From a virus: a DNA stretch of 40,921 nt. Shown here piece by piece: positions 1 through 8,348 of this stretch. Made by a program: the position numbers and the translations under genes. The notes beneath the pieces were generated by a model. It had not been told where the DNA came from. It saw only the letters and a program-made list of their open reading frames with translations, and ran no database searches. Location of the stretch: UHGV virus genome UHGV-0093931; one strand, written 5' to 3'. The stretch's first letter is position 1; every line of letters begins with the position of its first letter.

Positions 1-49
1 TACAGCGTGGTATTGCCCTCCACGCAGTTAACATGACGGGCGTTAGGGG

Positions 50-1363
50 TTAACTTACTGATTTTAATAATCCTCCCGTACTGCTCTCGTGGCTATGGGG
101 CATCAATGGGGCAAAATCTGCCAGCTTCTGATTCAGCATTGCGATCTGCTCTGCGCTGCTGTCAGCCATCCATGCACCGTAAACATTGAACACCATCTGC
201 GCGCTCGCATGCCCCATCTGACTGGCAATAAAACTCGGGTTTGCACCAGCAGATAATGACCAGCACGCATAGGTATGTCGTGACTGGTACGCCTTTCTGT
301 GTCTGATCCCCGCGCGCTTAAGTGCCGCTTCCCATGAGTCGCCTACTGAATCGACCCGGTAGATAAATCCGACCTGCTTACTGCGTCTGACCACATGCGG
401 GTTAAAGACAAATGTACACTCATGGTTCACCGAACGGCCGTACTCACGTAACTGAACTTCAATGTGATGTTTCCTGCCCAGCCTTGTCATCTCAGCCTGA
501 TTTTTCAGGATGCTGATTGCGGGCTGGATAAGATGCACCACTCGATCTGTGCTTGCCTCGGTTTTCGGTAGAGTGAACTCACCAAGTTTCGTATAATTAC
601 GCCTGACGGTAATTGTTCCCGCCTTCAGGTCGATATCTTCCCAGGCCAGGGAGACCAGTTCCCCGTGACGCATTCCTGTGTACACTGCTAATGACCACAG
701 GTTTTTCGTCTGCTGATGCCGGCATGCATCTATCAGGCGAATAAATTCATCACGAGACAGAGGATCTGGTTCTGCCCTGGCTTTTTTCAGAGGCTTAATT
801 CCCTCGAATGGGTTCACCTCTAAATAACCGTGATCTGCAGCAAACTGAAACATTCCGGCCATTGTCGTCATGTAATAGTTCACAGTAACAACGCTTCGCC
901 CTTTTGCCGGAGCTTTGTTTTTCGTCGGATTCTGGTAACCAGTTAGCAAATCTTTCCTAAGATACAGCAATTCCTCTTTGGTTACTGCTGACACCAGGCG
1001 ATTACCTCCGATCCTCGGCACCATATTCCTTGCGACAGACTCATAGCGATTGAATGCGTTCGCGCAGATTTCCATCCGTTTCAGATCCAGCCATTTTTCT
1101 TCAAGTTCTTTCACTGTAATGTCTTTTTTACTTACACCAAAAGCCTTGAGGTTAGGGGAGTCAGGAAACTGGGTTGCATAATCAAAGGTTCCTGTGCGGA
1201 TGGCAAAACATACTGATGTCCGCAGTTCCCCAGCTATCTTCCTGTTCTTAGCGGTGTCAGGGACACCGAGACTTTCCCTGACACGCTTACCTTTAAAATT
1301 AAACCAGATGCGTAATGTGCCACCGTGGTTTTCGACGCCTGTTGGATATGTGACTTTATCCAT
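50..1363 (-). CDS. int: tyrosine-type phage integrase
   Basis: 437-aa ORF at the left end of the prophage; C-terminal region has the His/Tyr signature of tyrosine recombinases (...RHTYACW..., ...VYGAWM...); GGAGG RBS about 8 nt upstream of the ATG at 1361-1363. Confidence 0.9.
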   Translation of the reverse strand: MDKVTYPTGVENHGGTLRIWFNFKGKRVRESLGVPDTAKNRKIAGELRTSVCFAIRTGTFDYATQFPDSPNLKAFGVSKKDITVKELEEKWLDLKRMEICANAFNRYESVARNMVPRIGGNRLVSAVTKEELLYLRKDLLTGYQNPTKNKAPAKGRSVVTVNYYMTTMAGMFQFAADHGYLEVNPFEGIKPLKKARAEPDPLSRDEFIRLIDACRHQQTKNLWSLAVYTGMRHGELVSLAWEDIDLKAGTITVRRNYTKLGEFTLPKTEASTDRVVHLIQPAISILKNQAEMTRLGRKHHIEVQLREYGRSVNHECTFVFNPHVVRRSKQVGFIYRVDSVGDSWEAALKRAGIRHRKAYQSRHTYACWSLSAGANPSFIASQMGHASAQMVFNVYGAWMADSSAEQIAMLNQKLADFAPLMPHSHESSTGGLLKSVS

Positions 1364-1421
1364 TGGTGTTACCTCCAGACGCCCAAGAGCGATACGAGCT
1401 TACCTTTTTCATGGCATCAAA

Positions 1422-1658
1422 TCACCCTGGCTGCTTGCTTTTCATTGAAGCGACCCAGGCATCTACAGCCTTTCTGTTATACATGCACTCACTGGAAGGT
1501 TTAGGATTCCCGTCAGGCGATACGTGGATATACTCCCTCCCAACCATCCAGCATTCTTTTCTGGCCCGGAGGATGGTACCGGGCTTGAGCCCGGTAACCG
1601 CGATAAGAACGCTTTCACAAACCCACTCGTTGGGGGCTAACTGGAAAATATTGCTCAT
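1422..1658 (-). CDS. xis: putative excisionase / small DNA-binding protein
   Basis: 78-aa ORF immediately upstream of and co-oriented with int, the usual position of xis; family assignment from memory only. Confidence 0.55.
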   Translation of the reverse strand: MSNIFQLAPNEWVCESVLIAVTGLKPGTILRARKECWMVGREYIHVSPDGNPKPSSECMYNRKAVDAWVASMKSKQPG

Positions 1659-1696
1659 GGTTATTTATCCATTACCCTGGCTGCACCCAGGGGAAA

Positions 1697-2278
1697 TTAA
1701 AGCTCGCTGCTGGTGGTCGGAATCAATTTCAGCCAAATTGCTGAAACGTATTTTGCCTGATGGCGCGCATCGGCCAGTGCGTTATGTGCGACCCCATCGA
1801 ATGGCATGTCTCGCTTAGGGTCGAAGCCCACAACTCTGCCTAATGTAACGATGGTTCTGACGTCGTGATCATTCCAAAATTGCCACGGGCAATCCTGGCC
1901 GGCGCGCTCATATGCTCCGCGCAATATAACGTTGTCGAAAGTAGCTCCATTGCCCCAAACTTTTAAATATTTAGGGTTATCAGAATGTCGATTAATGAAA
2001 TGGTTCAGTTCAGATAGGGCAGACGATATTGGCAGAGCATCATCAACACAGATTGCTGATCGTGCTTCTGGGCTTTGTCTTAACCACCACAGAATAGTGT
2101 CACCATCCGGCACAGCTCCCTGTTCCATAGCACTTTCAAGGTTAACAGCGGTGTAAAACTCCTGACCCAGTTCACCGCTTTGCGGATCGAAGAACACGGC
2201 ACCAATGGAGACGATAGGGGCATTTGGTTTTTTGCCCATGGATTCAAGGTCGATCATTAAATTGTTCACGTTATACAT
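1697..2278 (-). CDS. putative 3'-5' exonuclease (DnaQ-like fold)
   Basis: ORF 1697..2314; acidic motifs (IDLESMG, ...HNALADA...) resemble DEDDh exonucleases. Start uncertain: ATG at 2276-2278 has AGGAG only 1 nt upstream, GTG at 2267-2269 is an alternative. Confidence 0.5.
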   Translation of the reverse strand: MYNVNNLMIDLESMGKKPNAPIVSIGAVFFDPQSGELGQEFYTAVNLESAMEQGAVPDGDTILWWLRQSPEARSAICVDDALPISSALSELNHFINRHSDNPKYLKVWGNGATFDNVILRGAYERAGQDCPWQFWNDHDVRTIVTLGRVVGFDPKRDMPFDGVAHNALADARHQAKYVSAIWLKLIPTTSSEL

Positions 2279-2942
2279 TCTCCTGTTTCGGCGCTTCTGC
2301 GATGGCTTCATCAATAGCCTGACGAACAGTCATAACCGGGTAATTACTGTCATTGAGCATCATGGCGTTGCGCTGGAAATTAGCGTCAAACTTCCAACCG
2401 TAAGACGTTCCGTAATACTCATTCAGCCTTTTGTTCTGAGCATCAAGCCAGTCGAGGCGCTTTGTATCCTCCGAACCATCCGACGTTATCTGCACTGGTT
2501 GCTCTTTGATGTGCAGACGCGGCTCACCATCTTTCGGCTCAGGCCATTCGCGCTGTTTGTTAACCGCCAGCTTTTCAATCATTGCTTGGGTGATCTGCTC
2601 GTCACTGATACCGGCACGACGTTGCGCATCCCATAACAGGAATTGCATATCAGCCCATTCGCTATGGTCGCCTGGTTCAGCAGCCGCCTCGAGCGCTTCT
2701 TTTGAAAGGTGCTTCAGCGGACCAACTGGGCCGACATCACCGAAAGTGGTCTGTGACCATACTGAATGCTCACGGCGTACCAGCTCGCGGGCAATCACCC
2801 CATCAATCACCTTCAATACATCAGCGAGAATGTATGCTCTGTTCCCGCCGTTTGAGTACTGGGTATCATGCTGCAGGTGTTCGCGTATCTGGTGCAGGCG
2901 ATCGAGTGATACAGGACCGTGCGCCGGGTGGTTAGTTGTCAT
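2271..2942 (-). CDS. phage early protein, possible DUF550-type nucleotide pyrophosphohydrolase domain
   Basis: 223-aa ORF; its stop overlaps the next start; its own start overlaps the upstream stop as ATGA (2939-2942). Domain call is from memory and weak. Confidence 0.45.
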   Translation of the reverse strand: MTTNHPAHGPVSLDRLHQIREHLQHDTQYSNGGNRAYILADVLKVIDGVIARELVRREHSVWSQTTFGDVGPVGPLKHLSKEALEAAAEPGDHSEWADMQFLLWDAQRRAGISDEQITQAMIEKLAVNKQREWPEPKDGEPRLHIKEQPVQITSDGSEDTKRLDWLDAQNKRLNEYYGTSYGWKFDANFQRNAMMLNDSNYPVMTVRQAIDEAIAEAPKQENV

Positions 2943-3232
2943 GGTGTGCTCCAGTTATCTTCAATCGCCACGCCAAGTCGGTGTAGCCAGTCGGCCAGCT
3001 TCAGCATCGCTTCTCGTTCGCTTAATCTTTCTGGAAAGTCGGTAAGCTCGACCATCGGTTTAAACCGACCAAACGCATCGTTCTCAACAATAAGTTTTTG
3101 CTCAAGCGTGGTCTGCTTAACTTTGCTGTGATGCCGTAGCAGGTAAACCGACTTTGATTTTTTGGTTTCTGGGTCGTATTCGTAGGCAGTGAGTATCATC
3201 TGGCTACCGCCGCGATTCGTTCCTCGCCACAT
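2939..3232 (-). CDS. hypothetical phage early protein
   Basis: 97-aa ORF; GGGAGAG RBS about 6 nt upstream of the ATG at 3230-3232; sits in the coupled early-left gene chain. Confidence 0.55.
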   Translation of the reverse strand: MWRGTNRGGSQMILTAYEYDPETKKSKSVYLLRHHSKVKQTTLEQKLIVENDAFGRFKPMVELTDFPERLSEREAMLKLADWLHRLGVAIEDNWSTP

Positions 3233-3235
3233 ATC

Positions 3236-3775
3236 TCACTCTCCCTTCACGCCAATGCCAGCGAGCCAGTTACGAACGCTGATAAACTCAGCATTCCTAA
3301 ATCCGCTTTTGACGTAGATGAATGGCAGTCGTAGGTTGTGGCCATTACATGCTAGGTAGTCTTTGCATCCCTGTTCGGTGAAACAGCAGGTAACGAAATC
3401 ATCAATTTCTTTCAGGGCAACTCTGCGCCATTTTTCAGGTGGTTCACGGAAGTTTTCATGGAGCAATTCAAGGCGCATTCGTTGGCGCTCATTAGCTTCG
3501 TTACCATCTTCATCAATCCAAACGATGCGGTCATAGTCGTAATGAGCATCAACAACGATTTCGCGCTTTTGGTAAACGCAAAACATCGGGTCGGATGTAA
3601 TACGGTTATCCTGCGATAAAATGTTTTTGCCGATGACACTGAACGATTCTGGCGCGGATTTTGCCTCCAGTTCTGCGATAAGTGCCATGGCTTCACTTTC
3701 CTTCAAAATTACGGAGTCATAGCTTTCAATCTGCTTTTTGATTTTGGCAATCAGCACTTCAAGTGATTTGCTCAT
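3236..3775 (-). CDS. hypothetical phage early protein
   Basis: 179-aa ORF in the early-left operon; no recognisable motif. Confidence 0.55.
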   Translation of the reverse strand: MSKSLEVLIAKIKKQIESYDSVILKESEAMALIAELEAKSAPESFSVIGKNILSQDNRITSDPMFCVYQKREIVVDAHYDYDRIVWIDEDGNEANERQRMRLELLHENFREPPEKWRRVALKEIDDFVTCCFTEQGCKDYLACNGHNLRLPFIYVKSGFRNAEFISVRNWLAGIGVKGE

Positions 3776-4026
3776 TGTGCAGTTCCCTGTCTTGCTCTAT
3801 TCAACAGCTGGTTAAACATCATGGTTAGGCTGTTACTACACCCAAACGGCATATCGTTAACACGGTATGTTGGAATGCCCTTGCGAACACCAGACTTCAC
3901 GATCCGGCCGGTGCCATAGAGTTGCGATAATGCGCCAGCGACCGCGGGTGTCTTTTTGTTCATACCTTTGGCGATTTCACCGCTGGTGGTATTCGGATGA
4001 GCCTGGAGATATTCAAATACGGTCAT
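3772..4026 (-). CDS. small putative winged-helix DNA-binding protein
   Basis: 84-aa ORF; its start at 4024-4026 overlaps the upstream stop (4023-4025) as ATGA; helix-turn-helix-like segment ...TSGEIAKGMNKKTPAVAGALSQL... Confidence 0.5.
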   Translation of the reverse strand: MTVFEYLQAHPNTTSGEIAKGMNKKTPAVAGALSQLYGTGRIVKSGVRKGIPTYRVNDMPFGCSNSLTMMFNQLLNRARQGTAQ

Positions 4027-4190
4027 GGCGTTTTACCTTTACGTTCCTGTTCCAGTTGCACCAGAGACTCTTTTAATGCTGCGAACGCAGCGTCCAGTCT
4101 GGTGGCGACTTCGCGCATAAGCGGTGCATGCTTTGGTGGTAATTCAGCAATGGAGGCAAAAGCCTCCGCTACGAGCTCTTTTACCTTCAT
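4023..4190 (-). CDS. small hypothetical protein (55 aa), not in the ORF track
   Basis: Hand translation of the minus strand gives MKVKELVAEAFASIAELPPKHAPLMREVATRLDAAFAALKESLVQLEQERKGKTP; its ATG (4188-4190) overlaps the upstream stop (4187-4189) and its stop overlaps the next ATG, both as ATGA, like its neighbours. Confidence 0.5.
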   Translation of the reverse strand: MKVKELVAEAFASIAELPPKHAPLMREVATRLDAAFAALKESLVQLEQERKGKTP

Positions 4191-4726
4191 GTGGCGCATT
4201 GGCGCAGCTCCATCAGTTCGTTAAAGCGATTCATGAACAGGCCATAGGCTTGACCAGGACGGAGAGGGATAACCTGAACGAGATCAGAGCAGGGAATACC
4301 TTCGAGAATTTCCCACTTCGAACCGTCATCGATTTCCAGATCACGGCGCTCGGTAGCTAACATGGTGAGATCGGCATATTTCACGACAGCAGCTTGTTCA
4401 AGAGAGATACCGAATTTAAAGCGGATAAGACCATCAACATAAGTTTCCATGCGCTGGTAGTCAGGCAGCAATGCTTTGAGTGGTGCCGGAATGTCCTGGC
4501 AATATGCCTCCGCAGCGTCGTGCATCAACGCTTCAAAGGCGAACTCTGGCGGAACAATCTGGCTAACAAGCACAGAGTGCTGAGCCACACTGTAAAACTC
4601 TGGTAGATGCCCGGCGAATCGACAGATGTTGGAAAGAGCTGTCGCGATATCTTCAACATCGATATCGTCGATTGTGGCGGTCAGGTAGTTAAATTTTTTA
4701 CCGGATAATGTTTGAATGTAGCTCAT
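4187..4726 (-). CDS. HD-domain phosphohydrolase (YfdR-like 5'-deoxynucleotidase)
   Basis: HD motif ...LMHDAAEAY... in the translation; likely start MSYIQT at 4724-4726 with GGAG RBS (the track ORF extends to 4753). Confidence 0.7.
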   Translation of the reverse strand: MSYIQTLSGKKFNYLTATIDDIDVEDIATALSNICRFAGHLPEFYSVAQHSVLVSQIVPPEFAFEALMHDAAEAYCQDIPAPLKALLPDYQRMETYVDGLIRFKFGISLEQAAVVKYADLTMLATERRDLEIDDGSKWEILEGIPCSDLVQVIPLRPGQAYGLFMNRFNELMELRQCAT

Positions 4727-4910
4727 CGTTTTCTCCATATTGGCGCGCTGCACCGCGCAGATTTTGGTTGCACGAATCCCTCGCCGGGTGGCGATAATTA
4801 ATGGAATTACGCTTCAATAAATCCCCGCGGTGCCGGGGATTTAATGCAGAGCAATTAGGCTTTAAAGTTACCGATGAAAGTTTCCACTGATTCACCGTCG
4901 AACTTGCTGA

Positions 4911-5681
4911 TCAGCAGATCGCGGAATTCATTGGCGATCTCTTCTTCCTGGGCTTCAAGTTGGACGATGCGCAGAACAAAGCGGGTTCATCGCTGGTCAG
5001 CAGGCTGTTACGCAAGCTAAAACGTCGTTCGCCCAGACCTTCATACGGCACACATTTGAATTCAAACGCCACAGGCATTACGTCTTTGCTGCTTGCTTCA
5101 ACGCTTTGCATCAGCGATTTTTTACCAGCGAAATCACCAGTTTCATGGTCCTGCTGGGTTGCTTGCTGAATAGTGATACGACGCACAGCCTGAGCTGCCT
5201 GGGAAATCTGCATCGTATTGCCATCAGCATCAAACGCCAGCAGGTAATCGCTCCAGTCTTCCAGCCATTCGGCGATTTGCTTTTGCTTCAGACGTTGACC
5301 ATCGATCTGCAGTAACGCGCGGAAGGGCGCGGTTTTCTTCAGGGTGATCGAAGCAACGTTATCGGCGTGACCGGGATTATCCAGGTTGCCGATGTTGAAC
5401 ACTGAACGGGCGGTCATGTTGTCAGCGTCAATGAAGCAACGTGCTGGCTCACTGTCGCTGGCGTAACCTTTAGAATAACGTGCGAAATCGTCAATACTGG
5501 TTGTTGTCATTGCACCACGGAAGCGGAAACGCTCCAGAGAAAAGCGCTCAAGGCTTTCAACGCTAGTACCATCTGGCAGCAATGCGGTCGGGCAAGCCAG
5601 GCCATGAATATCATTCAGGTGGTAGCCAGAAAGGACCAGGTCTTTTACCTGCTGAAATGTACCGCTGTCTAACTGAGACAT
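4911..5681 (-). CDS. YfdQ-like (DUF2303-type) prophage protein, apparently frameshifted near the 3' end
   Basis: 256-aa ORF; a protein-like continuation (...[39 protein letters not shown]) is open in another frame down to a TAA at 4855-4857. Family call is from memory. Confidence 0.6.
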   Translation of the reverse strand: MSQLDSGTFQQVKDLVLSGYHLNDIHGLACPTALLPDGTSVESLERFSLERFRFRGAMTTTSIDDFARYSKGYASDSEPARCFIDADNMTARSVFNIGNLDNPGHADNVASITLKKTAPFRALLQIDGQRLKQKQIAEWLEDWSDYLLAFDADGNTMQISQAAQAVRRITIQQATQQDHETGDFAGKKSLMQSVEASSKDVMPVAFEFKCVPYEGLGERRFSLRNSLLTSDEPALFCASSNLKPRKKRSPMNSAIC

Positions 5682-5737
5682 AGAAATTCCTTATTAACTG
5701 ATGATCGAAGTGGTATCAGTGAGTTTGTTGTTGCGGA

Positions 5738-6109
5738 TCACTGAGCCGCTTTAAGCTTTCCATCCACCGCGCCAGTGATCCCGAACAACTGACCCTGATC
5801 TTCCTGCAGGATGGTGAGCTTCCCGCCTTTGTTGACCCACATCGGGGTTTCGGTTGTGTCCTCTTCGGAGGCTTTACCACGCGGTGTTGGGGTGCTGTAG
5901 TTCAGCTTGTGCTTGATCTTGACGCGCTTCTCTTCAACGGAATTACCCATGCGCTCAAAATCAAATGTGAGGACTACTTTGCCTTTGTTGCCGTTGTTCA
6001 GAACGCCAAGCGCGGTGGTATTAAGTGCTGCCGCGATTTTGTTCATGAACACGCCGGCATCCAGTTCGCCAAGAAAATCTGGCACTACGGTCATGCGGTC
6101 ATTACTCAT
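5738..6109 (-). CDS. hypothetical prophage early protein (YfdP-like position)
   Basis: 123-aa ORF; GAGGG RBS upstream of the ATG at 6107-6109; first clear gene after the noncoding region downstream of the putative pL. Confidence 0.6.
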   Translation of the reverse strand: MSNDRMTVVPDFLGELDAGVFMNKIAAALNTTALGVLNNGNKGKVVLTFDFERMGNSVEEKRVKIKHKLNYSTPTPRGKASEEDTTETPMWVNKGGKLTILQEDQGQLFGITGAVDGKLKAAQ

Positions 6110-6270
6110 GGTTTTACCCTCGTTAAGGCGGCTGCAACCGCCGAACTTTCTCCATACACAACAGAGAAGAGCACCTGCATTGGTCGGCGGCTTGCAGGGA
6201 CCGCTTTCTTTTTGCCCGGGTGGATTGGGTTATGAGCCCGTCGCCCGGTGATGCTCTTTTCTGTTGCGTA

Positions 6271-6340
6271 AAAAGGGCGGTACCGAGGTAGAACATTATC
6301 TTCGTCCCCCTTGCATAAGGTTGAAGGCCCAGGTACCGCC
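6271..6340 (-). terminator. candidate terminator-like structure on the leftward transcript
   Basis: Plus-strand GGGCGGTACC (6276-6285) pairs with GGTACCGCC (6332-6340) around an inner CCTT-ATGC-AAGG hairpin; on the minus strand the structure is followed by a U-run (plus-strand AAAAA at 6271-6275). The loop is large for a classical intrinsic terminator. Confidence 0.3.
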
Positions 6341-7289
6341 AAGACTACACACATGGAACTACGGTTATCACAGTCCTCAGCGTGATTTGGTTGTGGTTGC
6401 TGGTGCTGAACTCCAGCTCAGTGGCGCGGTGTTTCAATATCGTAACCGCCCGTTCCATCCGCGTTCGATCAGTCCGTATGCTCGCTTAGAACGTTTCGCC
6501 TGCTTATCTTTTCTCAACCGTTTGACGGTCAGCCCCGCCATTCACCACAACGAAGAGAGCACTGCCGGTATCCGAATTGAACGGACCTTTTCGTTGCCCA
6601 TCACCGCTATCTGTATAGCGGTGGCAGGGATTGAACCTGCCGTTATGCCTTGCTCGTCAATGCTCTCATCGTTGTGTGCTGACCTTACAGCCAGCATGGT
6701 TGGAATGAAGACGCATCACGACTTTTCACCAACTGGGCGGGATCACCATGAAAGAGCCGCCCCTTTAGCCTTTCATGCTCCCCATCTTTCTAGGTAGTCA
6801 ATGCCTCCAGTTGGGCATACAACCTTCGGTTATCGCTCCGTCGTCAGCGCCACTCTCCAGGACATTTATAAGGACCGTCTCCAAGTGGTAACTCTTCCAG
6901 TCCCGGTAAGCATCCTGCGAGATGCTTACCATGACCGGCTGATCTTCCCTGAAAAAGGCTGGCGGTTACCGGACAAACGGGAAAACACCGGGCCGCCAGA
7001 ACAGGGAGTTACTTGTTATTGCTTTGGCCTGCTTTTAACCACATCAGGCGCGGTGGTAGGTATCTTCGGGCGGGGTGCTAAGGGGGTGATTAGCCCTTGC
7101 CCTTAACACTCCTGCTGGTTTTGGTATTCCTGGCTTGGGTATCGCCACCAGCTATAGGAATTTGACTACGAGTTGCGGTTAATCAGGCCGCGCCTCTGTT
7201 ACCCCTCCCGAAGACACCTGTCAGCGAATCATCCGGTTATTCATATGCCACCGGCGGCTACTTCGTGGGCGTCCTGCCTGTTCGCTGTT

Positions 7290-7381
7290 GATGAATAAAA
7301 TCTAACTTAACTTAGCTTTTAGATCAAGAAAAAACACCAAACTATTCTTAGCTTGATGTTAAGAGGAAGGTTAGAGGTGGG
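7290..7381 (-). promoter_or_regulatory. putative OL/pL region
   Basis: AT-rich segment just downstream of cI; minus strand reads TTGATC-17 nt-TAGATT; the 14-mer CTAACTTAACTTAG resembles the CTAAGCAATCTTAG palindrome in the cI-cro intergenic region. Confidence 0.45.
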
Positions 7382-8008
7382 TTAAAGCTCGTACTGAACG
7401 CCTTTGACAACGCCGATGATCAGGCAATTACCGTTAATTGAAATGTTTGGATAGCGTGGATTTAAGGGAACTAAGAACTTTTGAGGCCCATCGATGACAA
7501 GTTTTTTTACAGTAGCCTCGTTTGTCCCATCAAGCCTGGCTACGACTATCTTTCCATGAAGTGGCTCTGCATCTGGATCTACTATGACTGTTGCCCCTTC
7601 AGGGATTGTCGGGAGGCCATTAGGGTTTGTCATCGAATCACCTTTAACCTCCAATGCAAAGGAGCTATCCCCTATGCGGAGTGATGTCTCTATCCACTTA
7701 TCTACTTCGCTGAAAACTTCTGCTGCTTTACATTCTGTAAACTGTCCAGCCTGAACCCAGGATATCACCGGAATCCTTCGCATCTTGGTTATCAGATTGC
7801 CTTCAAATTCAGTGCCATAAAGTATGTAATCAATTGATGTGTTGAAATACTTTGCAAGTTTCGCAAGTGACTCGCCTCCAGGCACATTAACGTCTTTTTC
7901 CCAATACCCAACCGCCACATCACTAACACCGCAGAACTTACCCAGTTCTTTCTGCGAGGTTTTGGTTATGCGCCTGAGAGCTTTGATGCGCTGACCGACA
8001 GTTTCCAT
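7382..8008 (-). CDS. cI: CI-type repressor (XRE-family HTH with LexA-like S24 peptidase domain)
   Basis: 208 aa; N-terminal HTH (...TSQKELGKFCGVSDVAVGYWE...) and C-terminal autocleavage-type domain; divergent from a cro-like gene. Confidence 0.9.
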   Translation of the reverse strand: METVGQRIKALRRITKTSQKELGKFCGVSDVAVGYWEKDVNVPGGESLAKLAKYFNTSIDYILYGTEFEGNLITKMRRIPVISWVQAGQFTECKAAEVFSEVDKWIETSLRIGDSSFALEVKGDSMTNPNGLPTIPEGATVIVDPDAEPLHGKIVVARLDGTNEATVKKLVIDGPQKFLVPLNPRYPNISINGNCLIIGVVKGVQYEL

Positions 8009-8110
8009 TTGAACACCATAAATAAATTAAAAGGCTAAGCAATCTTAGTTTTTATTGACCAAAGTTAGATTGGTTATTAATATCTAATCAAACTTAGCTA
8101 AGGAGGCGTT
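8009..8110. promoter_or_regulatory. putative OR operator/promoter region (pRM/pR)
   Basis: Palindromes CTAAGCAATCTTAG (8035-8048), TAGAT-N11-ATCTA (8066-8086) and CTTAGCTAAG (8093-8102); plus-strand TTGACC (8055-8060), 17-nt spacer, TAATAT (8078-8083) ahead of cro. Confidence 0.55.
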
Positions 8111-8338
8111 ATGACAACCGATGATATTGAAAACTACTTCGGCAGTACTGAGAAGGTTGCCGAATTTTTTGGAATCACAAGCGAGGCTGTTTACCAGTGG
8201 CGTAATAGAACTGGTCGCCTTATCCCAAAAGGGCGTGCAGCTGAAGCAGCATATCGAACCGGGGGGAAATTGGTTTTTCATCCCGACCTTTACGAAAAGC
8301 GTAGCGATGCTTCAGTAAAACTCAAACCACAGGAATAA
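8111..8338 (+). CDS. cro: Cro-like repressor (P22 Cro-like HTH)
   Basis: 75 aa; ...FGSTEKVAEFFGITSEAVYQWRNR... HTH; divergent from cI across the operator region; AGGAGG RBS. Confidence 0.8.
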   Translation: MTTDDIENYFGSTEKVAEFFGITSEAVYQWRNRTGRLIPKGRAAEAAYRTGGKLVFHPDLYEKRSDASVKLKPQE

Positions 8339-8348
8339 GGGGGGAGCT

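Noticed and set aside
1-49. Possible attL core or tRNA 3' end to the left of int
   Set aside because: Only 49 nt are available before the int stop and no tRNA-like structure or direct repeat matching the right end of the window could be identified; the prophage boundaries cannot be defined from this window.
1194-1818. Plus-strand ORFs 1194..1448 and 1363..1818 overlapping int and xis
   Set aside because: They lie antisense to the well-supported integrase and excisionase ORFs and have implausible composition; judged to be antisense artefacts.
6243-6262. boxA-like sequence (TGCTCTTT) near the terminator-like structure, as a possible nut site
   Set aside because: It is on the plus strand, whereas the putative pL transcript is the minus strand, and no N-like protein was found; spacing to the nearest hairpin does not fit the lambda nut architecture.
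6560-6700. tRNA-like T-arm (G-TTCAATC-C closed by a 5-bp stem) on the minus strand, suggesting a tRNA or tmRNA gene
   Set aside because: Manual threading of the flanks into a cloverleaf failed: no anticodon stem pairing, no acceptor-stem complement, no CCA. It is kept only as a T-loop-like motif within the structured noncoding region.
6264-7106. Plus-strand ORFs 6264..6797 (177 aa) and 6801..7106 (101 aa)
   Set aside because: Translations are Arg/Ser/Pro/His-rich with no protein-like pattern, lack RBS/start context, and run against local transcription; judged to be chance open frames in GC-rich noncoding DNA.
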